A DNA stretch of 64,000 nucleotides from a virus (lineage: Duplodnaviria > Caudoviricetes), in the IMG/VR virus record IMGVR_UViG_3300033416_000001, positions 7,649 to 71,648 of that record. The stretch is one strand, 5' to 3'. The position numbers and the translations under genes are program-made. The notes under the pieces were generated by a model. That model did no database searches. It saw only the letters and a list, made by a program, of their open reading frames with translations, and had not been told where the DNA came from. Each line of letters opens with the position of its first letter. Within the stretch, counting starts at the first letter, position 1. This document shows, piece after piece, positions 24,117 through 33,900 of the stretch.

Positions 24117-26036
24117 ATGTTGGTGCGCAATAACACCGCAGTCAGACAGTTAGACTCGTTGAGCGGGACGTTGCTTGAGGCCGCCCCGCTCAACGAGTGG
24201 GTTGACGTCCCTTACGAGGTAGCGATGCGCCTGTGGCGCTTCCGCGTGGTCGACGTGCAAAACCCAGGGGATATGAAGAACGCACTGTTCAAGGAAGCAG
24301 ACGGCACCCATATTTTCTGGGCCAGCCCGTTCTCTCTGGGCGATGGATACGGCACGGCGGCCTCGCAACTGGTGCTGGCAGCAACCCGGGCCGGTATGCA
24401 CATGCACATCGCCTGGACTTGGTTCCACAGCCTGTACGGGGTCGATCCGCAGATCAAGAGCATGTTGGCGGAGACCTTGCCAGGCCCACTGAAAGTCGGC
24501 GTCTGTATGGCCACCCCAGGTGAGTTTCGCAAGCTGCCAACGCCTTTCAAGGTGGGCTACACGATGTATGAGTCGGACGACCCGCTCAAGAATCTACCAG
24601 AATGGCGCCACGATATGACCGCAATCGACCTGTTGCTGGTGCCGAGCGAATACTGCAAGGAGGTCTTCGCTCCTTTCACGCCCTGCCCGATTGAGGTCGT
24701 GCCGCTCGTCGCCAACCCGGCCTATCGCGTTCAGCCAGGAGAGCGCACACGTAAGCCTGGGCAGACGTTTGTGTTCGGGATACACGGAACCTTGACTGAG
24801 CGCAAATCCCCATTGGAGATCGCCGAGGCGTTCCGAAAGGCGTTCCCGACCGAGAAGGATGTGCAGCTTCAATTCAAGACCCGCTTGGGCGTTCTTGGCG
24901 CCGGGCAAGACCAGATTCCGGCCCTGGGGGATAGGCGGATCAAGGTCATTGACGAAAACTGGCTAGAAGCACGCCTGCGCAACTGGCTGGTTAATACGGT
25001 AGACTGCTTCCTGTTCTTGACCAAGGGCGAGGGGTTTGGAATGCCACCCCGCGAGGCGATGCTGGCCGGCTGCCCACTCATCTTCTCCAACCATACCGGC
25101 ATGGTGGATATGGCCAACCCTGCTGTGAACTGGCCCATCGGCTGGGAGGCCAAGGAGAATAGCCCGCTGGGTGGAACTTGGCGTATGCCAGATTGGGACG
25201 AGGCCGTGAAGGCGATGCGCTGGGTCTACGAACACCGTGATGAGGCGCAGGCCAAGGGCTTTGCCGGTGCGGAATGGTATGAGGCAACCCACGGTCCGGT
25301 GCCAGTTGCGGCCAGGTTTGCCCAGGTCATCAATGCGATTGACCCAAGCAAGACGCACCGGGAGCCGATCAAGCCTGCAGAGACCATCGACACACTCACT
25401 GGAGCGGAACACGATTCCTTCTATCAGGCGCTGACGCTGGCCATCCCGCCAGGCAGTACGGTGGCCGATGTGGGCGTCGGTGGAGATGGCATTCTGTACA
25501 AATGGCTCGTCGGGCATGGCTACAAAGTGGTGGGAATTGTCGAGAAGGGTCGGGAAGCCGGTGTGCGGGCGGCCCTGGAGAAACACGGGCTGCCAGTCAA
25601 TTTGGATGTAGTGACGCGGCTGGTTGACCTGCATCTCCTGAGGCTGGGCGTGGACGCCTATGTTTCGCAGAACGTGCTGCAGGATTACCAGAGGCATGAG
25701 GTCGAGTTGATCTTGCGATCCTGCCTAATCGGCAATAAGCCAGTCTGGTTTTCGGTGCCAACGGTGTACTTCCCAACTCCCTTTGGCCCAGGCGCGAAAT
25801 TGCGCCGGCGCGCCAACTGGGAAGACATCCTGATCGACTTTGAGTTTGAGATGCACTACTACGGCAGCGGGCACCGCTACCTGTGGGCCAGGGTTGTCCG
25901 CCTAGAAGAGGGGTTCCGAGCGAGCTTCGAGGCCACGGGGCGGCAGCGCGGATTGACGACTGATGGCGTCTGGCACCCACAGGCGGAGCGGCAGGCCGAT
26001 GGCATGGTGACGAGGGGAGACCGCGATGCCGCATAA
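24117..26036 (+). CDS. glycosyltransferase family 4 fused to methyltransferase-like domain
   Basis: GYGTAA, YTMYE, LLVPSEY, RKSP, EGFGMPPREAMLAG; C-term VADVGVGG and YVSQNVLQ. Confidence 0.88.
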   Translation: MLVRNNTAVRQLDSLSGTLLEAAPLNEWVDVPYEVAMRLWRFRVVDVQNPGDMKNALFKEADGTHIFWASPFSLGDGYGTAASQLVLAATRAGMHMHIAWTWFHSLYGVDPQIKSMLAETLPGPLKVGVCMATPGEFRKLPTPFKVGYTMYESDDPLKNLPEWRHDMTAIDLLLVPSEYCKEVFAPFTPCPIEVVPLVANPAYRVQPGERTRKPGQTFVFGIHGTLTERKSPLEIAEAFRKAFPTEKDVQLQFKTRLGVLGAGQDQIPALGDRRIKVIDENWLEARLRNWLVNTVDCFLFLTKGEGFGMPPREAMLAGCPLIFSNHTGMVDMANPAVNWPIGWEAKENSPLGGTWRMPDWDEAVKAMRWVYEHRDEAQAKGFAGAEWYEATHGPVPVAARFAQVINAIDPSKTHREPIKPAETIDTLTGAEHDSFYQALTLAIPPGSTVADVGVGGDGILYKWLVGHGYKVVGIVEKGREAGVRAALEKHGLPVNLDVVTRLVDLHLLRLGVDAYVSQNVLQDYQRHEVELILRSCLIGNKPVWFSVPTVYFPTPFGPGAKLRRRANWEDILIDFEFEMHYYGSGHRYLWARVVRLEEGFRASFEATGRQRGLTTDGVWHPQAERQADGMVTRGDRDAA

Positions 26037-26616
26037 CCTGACCCTGCACATGCTGGTCAAGAACGAGGCGGCCCGTCTGCGCAAGCTGCTGCCGCACGTG
26101 GCGCCCTACGTTGACGAGATGTCTATCGCCGTCGACGACCTGACGAGTGACGACACAGCAGAGGTGTGCCGGCCATTCACTGACAAGGTCATCCAGGTTC
26201 CACTCAACTGGGACTTTGCCTCGGCGCGCAACCCATCGCTGGACATGGTCAAAACGCAATGGGTGCTACACCTCGATGCCGACGAGTGGCCCATGACCGA
26301 ACTTTTGGACTACATCGTGCGTTGGATACAAGGGCCGCAGAGCAGAGGCAAGGCCGGGTTGGTCGTTTGGCGGCACAACCTGGTGGGTGGGAAGCCCATC
26401 AACGGCAACACTTGGGAGCGCCACGTGCGCGTGTTCTGGTTCAGTTACCGCTTTGTGGGGCGCATCCACGAGCAACTGGATAACTTCCCGATCACGAGAT
26501 TGGCCGTGGCTCCGCGCGCCTTCTTTATCCAGCATTACAAGACGAATGAAGAGCAGGGCGCGCAGAACAAGCACTATCAAGAGTGGCCCGAGCAGCGAGC
26601 GATTACTGGAGAATAG
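26026..26616 (+). CDS. glycosyltransferase family 2 (short, LgtF-like)
   Basis: LHMLVKNE, VDD..SD.T, FASARN, LHLDADE, GRIHEQL, HY. Confidence 0.88.
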   Translation: MPHNLTLHMLVKNEAARLRKLLPHVAPYVDEMSIAVDDLTSDDTAEVCRPFTDKVIQVPLNWDFASARNPSLDMVKTQWVLHLDADEWPMTELLDYIVRWIQGPQSRGKAGLVVWRHNLVGGKPINGNTWERHVRVFWFSYRFVGRIHEQLDNFPITRLAVAPRAFFIQHYKTNEEQGAQNKHYQEWPEQRAITGE

Positions 26617-26619
26617 GCT

Positions 26620-27333
26620 ATGGCGATCACGCTTTGCGAACTAATGCAGGCCATAAGGGATAACTTCACGAGCGACACAATCACCGACGCAGTGTTGACC
26701 CGCAGGATCGCCGCGGCAGTGCGCTTTTACAGCCGCTACAACCCGCTCGTAGTACGGGTCAATCTTACGACCGTTGCCAATCAGCAAAACTATGCGCTGC
26801 CGGCCAACACTCTTTCGGTTATGGATGTGGATTGGTGGTCAACGGCGATTGAATCAACCGGCGGTCTTGGCCTGGGCGCCGGAGCGGAGCCATGGCCCTA
26901 TGATGACGACTATCTCTGGGAGGGCGTATCTTACGACCAGTGGTCGCTGCGGGCTATCGCCGAGATCAAGCGGTCGGAACGCGCCAGGAGAACGCGCGGG
27001 GCCTGGTGGGTGATGAACACCGACTTGATGCTAGATCCCATTCCGGCAGAGGCGGGCAAGATAGTTCGCGTGCTCTATGCTGGGTTGCACGCCATCAACG
27101 TCGGCGGCACGAGCTACACGAGCATCCCGCTTTACGATCTGGAGATCCTGCGCGACCTGGCAATGGCCGAGGTCATCAGCGCCAAGGGTGCTGACTTAGC
27201 AGGCGAGCCGGACTATAGCGAGGGCTTGTTCAGCATCAGCCATCGCTTCGCTAGGCAGAGTGTCGCGGAATGGATCGGCGCGCTGCGGCAGTCTTGCATA
27301 GCCAAGTACCGGCAGGAGTTTGCGTTCACATGA
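26620..27333 (+). CDS. putative head-tail adaptor
   Basis: Size and position after head genes; helical N-term, LMLDPIP beta segment. Confidence 0.55.
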   Translation: MAITLCELMQAIRDNFTSDTITDAVLTRRIAAAVRFYSRYNPLVVRVNLTTVANQQNYALPANTLSVMDVDWWSTAIESTGGLGLGAGAEPWPYDDDYLWEGVSYDQWSLRAIAEIKRSERARRTRGAWWVMNTDLMLDPIPAEAGKIVRVLYAGLHAINVGGTSYTSIPLYDLEILRDLAMAEVISAKGADLAGEPDYSEGLFSISHRFARQSVAEWIGALRQSCIAKYRQEFAFT

Positions 27334-27719
27334 GGAAGCTGAACTATGCTCGGATGCGCAAGGATACCGCGGACTTTATTGCGGCGGATCCTTCGACTGT
27401 GGTTGTCTACCGTGCGGCCAAAGCGTCTGGAGATCCAGAGGTTACATATACCTGGACGGGCCGCATTACAACCGCCAGCAACCGGGCTACGCTGATGACG
27501 ACCGGCATGAGAGGCTCATCTACCCTGCGCGGCGAGCATGGGCAGTCTCCGCTCGGATGGGTTTTGGTGGCAGAATGGGACATAGACGGCGGCATCACCG
27601 GGGCAGACGAGTTGCGTATCACAAACAATGAGACAGGCATCACCCAGATATTCCATGTGAACAATGCGGCGCACTTTAGCGACAAGTGGGAGGCATTGAT
27701 TGACGCAGTCCAGCCCTGA
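27330..27719 (+). CDS. putative head closure protein
   Basis: ATG 27330; beta-rich 129 aa in neck position. Confidence 0.5.
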   Translation: MRKLNYARMRKDTADFIAADPSTVVVYRAAKASGDPEVTYTWTGRITTASNRATLMTTGMRGSSTLRGEHGQSPLGWVLVAEWDIDGGITGADELRITNNETGITQIFHVNNAAHFSDKWEALIDAVQP

Positions 27720-27927
27720 TACTGTCAGCATCATGAACTCGTCGTTTATCCAGCCCGAGAAGTCCAATCGCGGCAAATTCCGGTGTGCCTGCTGTGGCTC
27801 CACCGAGCTGCGCTGGAACTTGGTTGGGGAGCAACTCATCCTTTCTTGCGAGACATGCGGCAACTTTGCCCGCACCAAGTTCCTCATCGGGAACGAGGTG
27901 CAGGATGCAATGACAGAGATAAAGTGA
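27700..27927 (+). CDS. small zinc-ribbon protein
   Basis: CACCGS...SCETCG. Confidence 0.55.
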   Translation: MTQSSPDTVSIMNSSFIQPEKSNRGKFRCACCGSTELRWNLVGEQLILSCETCGNFARTKFLIGNEVQDAMTEIK

Positions 27928-27991
27928 GTATCCATATCAATATCGGTTGTAATCGCGGTAATCGTCCTGGCCATGTGACGGGGGTGAAGAT

Positions 27992-28300
27992 GTGAGCGCA
28001 AATGAAATCCATGTCGGCGATATCGGCACAATCTTCGAGTTCACCGTGAAAGACGGAACCGCCGTGGTAAACATTTCTACGGCGACGGTGAAAGAGGCCA
28101 AGTTTCGAAAGCCAGATTGCTCAACTATCACAAGGACACTGGCATTCAAGACAAATGGGGCTGATGGGATAGTCAAGTACACCTGCTTGGCAAGCGACCT
28201 CGATCAGCCAGGAGAATGGAAGGCGCAAGTTCGTGTCGTTATGCCTACTGGTGAGTGGCACTCAGATTGGGCCGAGTTCTCAGTGTATAGGAATCTCTAA
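27992..28300 (+). CDS. BppU N-terminal-like Ig-fold protein
   Basis: GDIGT.FEFTV.DG..V.IS...RKPD...G.VKY....DLDQPG.W..Q. Confidence 0.75.
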   Translation: MSANEIHVGDIGTIFEFTVKDGTAVVNISTATVKEAKFRKPDCSTITRTLAFKTNGADGIVKYTCLASDLDQPGEWKAQVRVVMPTGEWHSDWAEFSVYRNL

Positions 28301-28314
28301 GACCGGAGGATTGG

Positions 28315-28803
28315 GTGGCAGGACAAGATTTCGCCGAATGCGTACTGGATTACCTGAAAACTCACGCTGACTGTGCGACGATCCGCGCGCACGTTATCTC
28401 GGGCGCATCGAATATCCTGCTCAGCGGCGACCTTACCGAAGAGGTGCTCAATGCGGCGGTTGCTACCCGCCGGGCAGATGGGGCCAAATCAGACTACATC
28501 CTGGCTATCGCGGTGCAGGATGACGGCGAGCAGCAGCGGGACTATCGCCACTCAGATCAGGCGGCAATCATCCGCCTCTATGACCGCGGCAAGGGTTACG
28601 CCAACATCCGGGCTGTTAGGCGGATGGTCAAGACAGTTATCCGGGCGAAGAATATGGCCTTCACTACCGGGGCCGACTCTGCCCTCATAGGATGCGAGTT
28701 CGATACTCGCAGTGGACACCGATGGGATCGGACATTCCTCATTGACTTTGAGGCTCTCCGCTACGTCGGTCATGTGTTGTACGCGACAGATCAAACAGAG
28801 TAG
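28315..28803 (+). CDS. putative tail terminator
   Basis: 162 aa directly upstream of the major tail gene. Confidence 0.5.
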   Translation: MAGQDFAECVLDYLKTHADCATIRAHVISGASNILLSGDLTEEVLNAAVATRRADGAKSDYILAIAVQDDGEQQRDYRHSDQAAIIRLYDRGKGYANIRAVRRMVKTVIRAKNMAFTTGADSALIGCEFDTRSGHRWDRTFLIDFEALRYVGHVLYATDQTE

Positions 28804-28829
28804 TCACGGATTCTCAAGGAGGAACTAGA

Positions 28830-29660
28830 ATGGCGCTGAATGAAAGTACGAGTGGAATTGGTCTGAGGCATGTGCGCATTGCTTTGCGGGACGATGATGG
28901 CACGATACTCGTCCCGGCTGGTACGAGTGCTGAAGATGCGTATGCTGGCCTGCGCGCCGAGGGCGCCAATGCCCTGACTGTGGCCTTGGCTGATGCGGTC
29001 AAGCAGCCGGTAACGGGTGATGATCGGGTTTACTATACCTGGATTCTCCCGCCTACCGAGACCCCGTCGGGCGAACTGCGCGTCTCCAAGGCATCAGGGC
29101 CGCTGATCGCGTTGGTGACGGGCACCAAGCAGTGGGGCACTCTCAACCGCAAGAAGATGGGCTTTGGCACCGACAAGCAGGGCGAGGAGCCGAACCTCAT
29201 TATCTGGGGCTGCCGGCAGGTGATCGAGGCTGACGAGACCCTGGCTGCCTTTGGGCAGAAGCGTTGGGAGACCTATGTCTTCCTGAATGCGCTCGCGCAA
29301 TTCAAGCCGAGCGCCATGGAGTACCAGACGGTCTCCGAGAACACCTATACCATCGTTGCCAACGACTCGACGGTTGATGAGCTGGGCCGGGCGTTCACGA
29401 GCGTGCTCAACGGGTTCACCAAGAGCGCCTTCGTGCGCGTTGTGACTGACGGCAAGTTCATGCTGGACGCCTTTGTCGGCGATGCTGCAGAGGACGCCTT
29501 TGTCCTATCGAAGGTTCCCAATGAGACCGGCGTCTTCGAACTGACGGTGGATGGCGTCCTTAACTACGCCTGGACGCGCGTCGGTTCCATCATCACCTTC
29601 TCGGCGCCGCCAGCCGCGCTTGCCAAGATCGTCGTCGAATACGAGTACACTGACGACTAG
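28830..29660 (+). CDS. major tail (tube) protein
   Basis: 276 aa, GLRHVRIA N-term, beta-rich, precedes chaperone pair and tape measure. Confidence 0.7.
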   Translation: MALNESTSGIGLRHVRIALRDDDGTILVPAGTSAEDAYAGLRAEGANALTVALADAVKQPVTGDDRVYYTWILPPTETPSGELRVSKASGPLIALVTGTKQWGTLNRKKMGFGTDKQGEEPNLIIWGCRQVIEADETLAAFGQKRWETYVFLNALAQFKPSAMEYQTVSENTYTIVANDSTVDELGRAFTSVLNGFTKSAFVRVVTDGKFMLDAFVGDAAEDAFVLSKVPNETGVFELTVDGVLNYAWTRVGSIITFSAPPAALAKIVVEYEYTDD

Positions 29661-29678
29661 CAAAGAGATGGGGGCCCG

Positions 29679-30119
29679 ATGAAGACTAGCGTAGTTGAGT
29701 ACAAAGACGACGACTACGACGTACAGCTTACCGTGAGACAGTGTACGCTGGAGCAGGGCATGAAACGCACCTCCCTGCGTGTGGAGCAAGAACTCGCGCT
29801 GAAAAAGCGAGGGGAGCAGAAAGGGGTGGGTGCGGCGAACTCAGCCGCTTTGCTGCAAAGGCAGTGGCTGGCTCTTCGCACCTATCCCGACCTCCTGGCA
29901 TCCACGGTCGAGATCAGCGGCAAGCACCTCGGCGATCTGTCCGTCGATATGGCATTCGAGCAGTTCATGCAACTCCCAGAGGCTCTCGTTATGGTGTGGG
30001 AACAGGCGGTTTACCGCGTAAACCCTCAATATGTCCTGACGGTAAAGCCGACGAAGGAAAAGACCCCTTCTCCGCCGAGAGCGTCACGGAAGCGCGCGCC
30101 AAAAGGCAGCTTGAACTAG
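29679..30119 (+). CDS. tail assembly chaperone (G-like)
   Basis: Position; overlapped by a -1 frame ORF ending at 30403. Confidence 0.75.
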   Translation: MKTSVVEYKDDDYDVQLTVRQCTLEQGMKRTSLRVEQELALKKRGEQKGVGAANSAALLQRQWLALRTYPDLLASTVEISGKHLGDLSVDMAFEQFMQLPEALVMVWEQAVYRVNPQYVLTVKPTKEKTPSPPRASRKRAPKGSLN

Positions 30120-30403
30120 ACCAGCAACTCGTCCGCTGGATTACGCGGCGCAAGCGTCAGGACTTGGACGAAGAGAACCAAGACTGGGATCTGCATGACC
30201 TGGGGCTATCGTGGCAAGTATGGTGCCTGATGGAAACCGTTGGCTGGCAACACCTGCCCATGGATGGCGGGCTGTTGGAGCAACCGCAATGGCTCTGGGA
30301 AGACCTGCAGATGATATCCTGGCGCAAAGAGTGCGTTGAAAAGATGATGGGCGGTGTGGCTGGAGGGCCTGGTGGTAATACAAACCTTCCGTCTAACCGA
30401 TGA
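29679..30403 (+). CDS. frameshifted tail assembly chaperone (GT-like)
   Basis: Second frame has no good RBS/start of its own; encodes W-rich LP.DGGLLEQP.WL segment typical of the T part. Confidence 0.65.
30056..30062 (+). other. probable -1 ribosomal frameshift site
   Basis: G-GAA-AAG in chaperone frame; -1 frame reads GGA-AAA-GAC-CCC-TTC and is open to 30403. Confidence 0.65.
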
Positions 30404-30986
30404 AAGCGCGGATCGCTGGGTAAAGTTCTGGCGCGATTTCTTCGATTCCCTGAACAACTCGGGGCGATTCCTCGGCGAGGTCGCTATCGACTTTGCGCAC
30501 GAGCAAACCATTGCGACTTTTGACGCCGAGGGTGCGAATGGCACCCTGGGTATGCCGCGCTGGACAGAACTGGCCGAGTGGACACTCATCGAACGCTTCC
30601 AGGAAGGGTATGAAGATGGGCCTATCCTCTACCGCAGCGGTGAGTTGATGGCCGGCGTAACCGACGAAGATCACTGGAATCATGTTGTCGAGCGCCGCCA
30701 GCGGCGGGCCAACATGTCGGTCAAGATCGGAACAACCGACCCCCGATTTGAGCGGCTACAGCTTGGGGTAGCCATAGACAATCTTCCGCCTAGACCGATG
30801 TGGCCGCGCGGGGCCGCGGAGGAACGGTTCGTGCGCCTCCTGGAAGAGAAACTCGTGCGCGACACGGATTATGAATTCCTCAAGCAGCGTTACAGCGCAG
30901 GATGGGTTAAGGTAAAATCGCCGTTGGCCCTGCCCTCGCCTAGCGGTCTGTTGGGCAGTGGCGGGTTTGGATTCGGGGTGCCATAA
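30372..30986 (+). CDS. virion morphogenesis / tail completion protein
   Basis: GTG 30372 behind TGGAGG; W.ELAEWT...R...G....ILYRSGEL motif. Confidence 0.65.
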   Translation: MVIQTFRLTDESADRWVKFWRDFFDSLNNSGRFLGEVAIDFAHEQTIATFDAEGANGTLGMPRWTELAEWTLIERFQEGYEDGPILYRSGELMAGVTDEDHWNHVVERRQRRANMSVKIGTTDPRFERLQLGVAIDNLPPRPMWPRGAAEERFVRLLEEKLVRDTDYEFLKQRYSAGWVKVKSPLALPSPSGLLGSGGFGFGVP

Positions 30987-33900
30987 TGGCGTCTTACACT
31001 ACTAAGTATATATTCCAGTTTGATGTACAGGGCCAGGAGGCCGTGCGCAAGGCGCAACAGATGGCGTCGGCGATCAACGATGCCATCAACAAAGCCACCA
31101 CGCCGAAGACAACAACCGCGACTGGCGGCGGTGCGAGCAAGCAGATAACAGCAGAGGTTGAGCGCACCAAGACTGCATTTGATGACTTTGCCGAGACAAT
31201 GCAGCAACTGGAAATCCGGTACTTCGGTCTGCGCCGCCTTAGCTACGGCCTCCAATCCACTGGCCGCGACTTGACGCAGGCGGGGCTGATGACTATTCGT
31301 GCCATGACCTCAATGGCCCAGTCCTATCTGACATTCAATGAGGCGTCGACACGCACGGCCATCGCTATGGAATTGCCCGTCAAAATGCAGGATGAGCTCG
31401 AAGAATCTACCATGCGCCTCTCCGAGACTGCCGGGTCGTTCAGCGCCACTGAGCTGATGCAAGCTTTGCGGGTTTGGGCGATGGGCACCGGGGCCACGAT
31501 TGAAACTACCCAAGAACTAAACGACACCCTGGCGCAGACCGTCGAAATATCGCGCATGGCGGCGATGAACGATGTAGACCTGGCTGCCGCCACCGATTAC
31601 GTTGGCGGCGTGATGAACCAATTCCAGACTGGTGTATCGGGGGTCAATGACATCGTCGCTGTCCTCAACTTCCAATCCGCCAAGACCTTTGCCACCGTAG
31701 AGGATCTGGGTACTGCCTTCAAATATGTCGGCCCTATTGCCGCGGAGATGGGTACGACCTATCAAGAACTGGCCGTTGTGTTCGGCGACCTCGCCCGAGC
31801 GCAGATCAGTGGTAGCATGGCAGGCCGCGGCGTGCGCCAGATGTATATCCGTTTGAACCAGGACATCCCGAAGGTTACCGAGGCCATGAATGAATTGCTC
31901 CAGGTCAACACCGCGACGGGGGAATCCTGGCGCGATATCATCTTCCCTGGCGGCAAGTTCATCGGTCTATATGATTACCTGGACATCATAGCGGCAGCCA
32001 CCGAGAATATGAACGATGCCGAGAAAGAGCAGTACCTGGCGGTTCTCGCCACGGCCAACGAACTTCCTGCTCTATTGCGCATGGTCGAGATGACGACTTT
32101 GGCCAGGAAGAAGGGTATCAGTTACTATCGCGCCGGCTGGAAAGAGCAACAGGGGATCATGGACGAGGAGGTCATGGCCTATGCCGAGTTGCGCGAAGAG
32201 ATAGACAAGATGCCCTACAGCATCCAGAACGCCGTCACCCTCTGGAATCAATCCACGGCGACCTGGCTGGCGTCGGACTCAGCCAACATGATAAACCTAC
32301 AAAACGCCTGGGACAATGCCCTGACGAAGATAGGCAAAGTCGTCCTGCAGGAAGGCATGGGCACCGTTGAGCAATTCACCGACGGCGTAAAGGACCTTGC
32401 GGACTTTGTCGAAAAGAACCCCTGGGTTGCCCGACTGACCCTTGATCTCGCGCTCTTGGAGGTTGGTTTCGGTACGGCCACCACCGCTGCCGGCAAACTC
32501 CTGCAGATGCTCACGAACGTCCTGATTATGTCGCAGATATTGCCCAAGGTGCTCCCCTTGCTTGGGAGTGCTTTGGCAGCCCTGGCGGGGCCCGCGGTGG
32601 TGGCAGGAGTGGCTGCGGCCTGGGGCACCTTGATCTACATAATTGTCAATGGCAGCAAGAATATTGAGGCCGCGCTGAAAGAGGAGGCAAAACAGTACGG
32701 CAGCCGCGAAGAATATGTGAGGCAGCGTTACGAAGAGGCGAAGGCAACCGGGGCACTAGGCGCTGCTTACTATGACGAGAATGGGATCCTACAGCAGAAC
32801 GTCATGACGCTGGAAGAGTTTGAGCAGAGCCTGCACGACGGTGGCGACGAGGTCTACAAGATGCTTCGCGCCCAGGAGTCCTTGAGGGACGCCATGAAAT
32901 TCTCAAATATGACGCTTGAGGAAAGCATCGCCCTTATCAAGGAGATGGCTACTGCCGAGGAGATGCTGCCATCGCGGAGGCGCGAGATATTGACTGGCAC
33001 CGTGGCCCCCCCTGCCATTATCGAGCCCTACGTCCGACCAAGCCTGGGCGGGATGGCCCCCGTCGACTTCGAGGAGTACGTGGACAAGTGGCAGCCGCTG
33101 ATAGATCGTTTGTTGCAATATCAAGAGCGGGCCAAGGACGCAGAACGCGATTTCCAGCAATCCATGAAGGACATGGCGCGCGACTTTCAATACCAATTGG
33201 ATGAGTACGACCTGGATCGCGCCCGCTCGCGCTTGGATATCTACGAGGATTATGACACCCAGGTGGCCGACGCGGCGCGCGACCTGGATAAGCAGCTAGC
33301 TAAGCTCCACGCCGATTACCTGCTGGACGAAGAGCGTTCCACGGAAGACCACGACAAGCGCATGGCGGATATGCGCGCCGAATATCTGCTTAATGAAGTG
33401 CGCGCTCACGAGGATCATGTCGAGAACCTCCGGGAGTTTGCCGCCAAAGCAGATGCCCGCGGTATGCTCAATGAGTTGCGCGAGTACAAGAAGGAGAAGA
33501 CGCGCCGGAACGAGGACTATACCAAACAAGTTAAGGATGAAGAGGATTCCTATGCGCTCCAGCAGAAGCGGCGCAAAGAAGATTACGACCTGCGCGTCCA
33601 GGAGATACGCGACAGCAATGCTGAGCGGCTCGCCGAGGCCAGAAAGGGCATGGAAGAGCGCCTGCTGCAATTTGACGAAGAGACGGCCCGGCAACGGCAA
33701 CAGATGATCGACCGCTACAGGCGCCAAGCGGCACTCGCCCGCGAAGAACATGACCGCGAGATGGCTGAGCTAAAGAAAGAGGCAGACGAGGAATTGGAGG
33801 AGATGTTGCGCGCCCTCACCTTGCCCGAGGAAGACCTGCGGCGCATCTTCTTGAGTCGGATGGTAAAACTGCAGGAGTACCTGGGTATCGAGATTGACAT

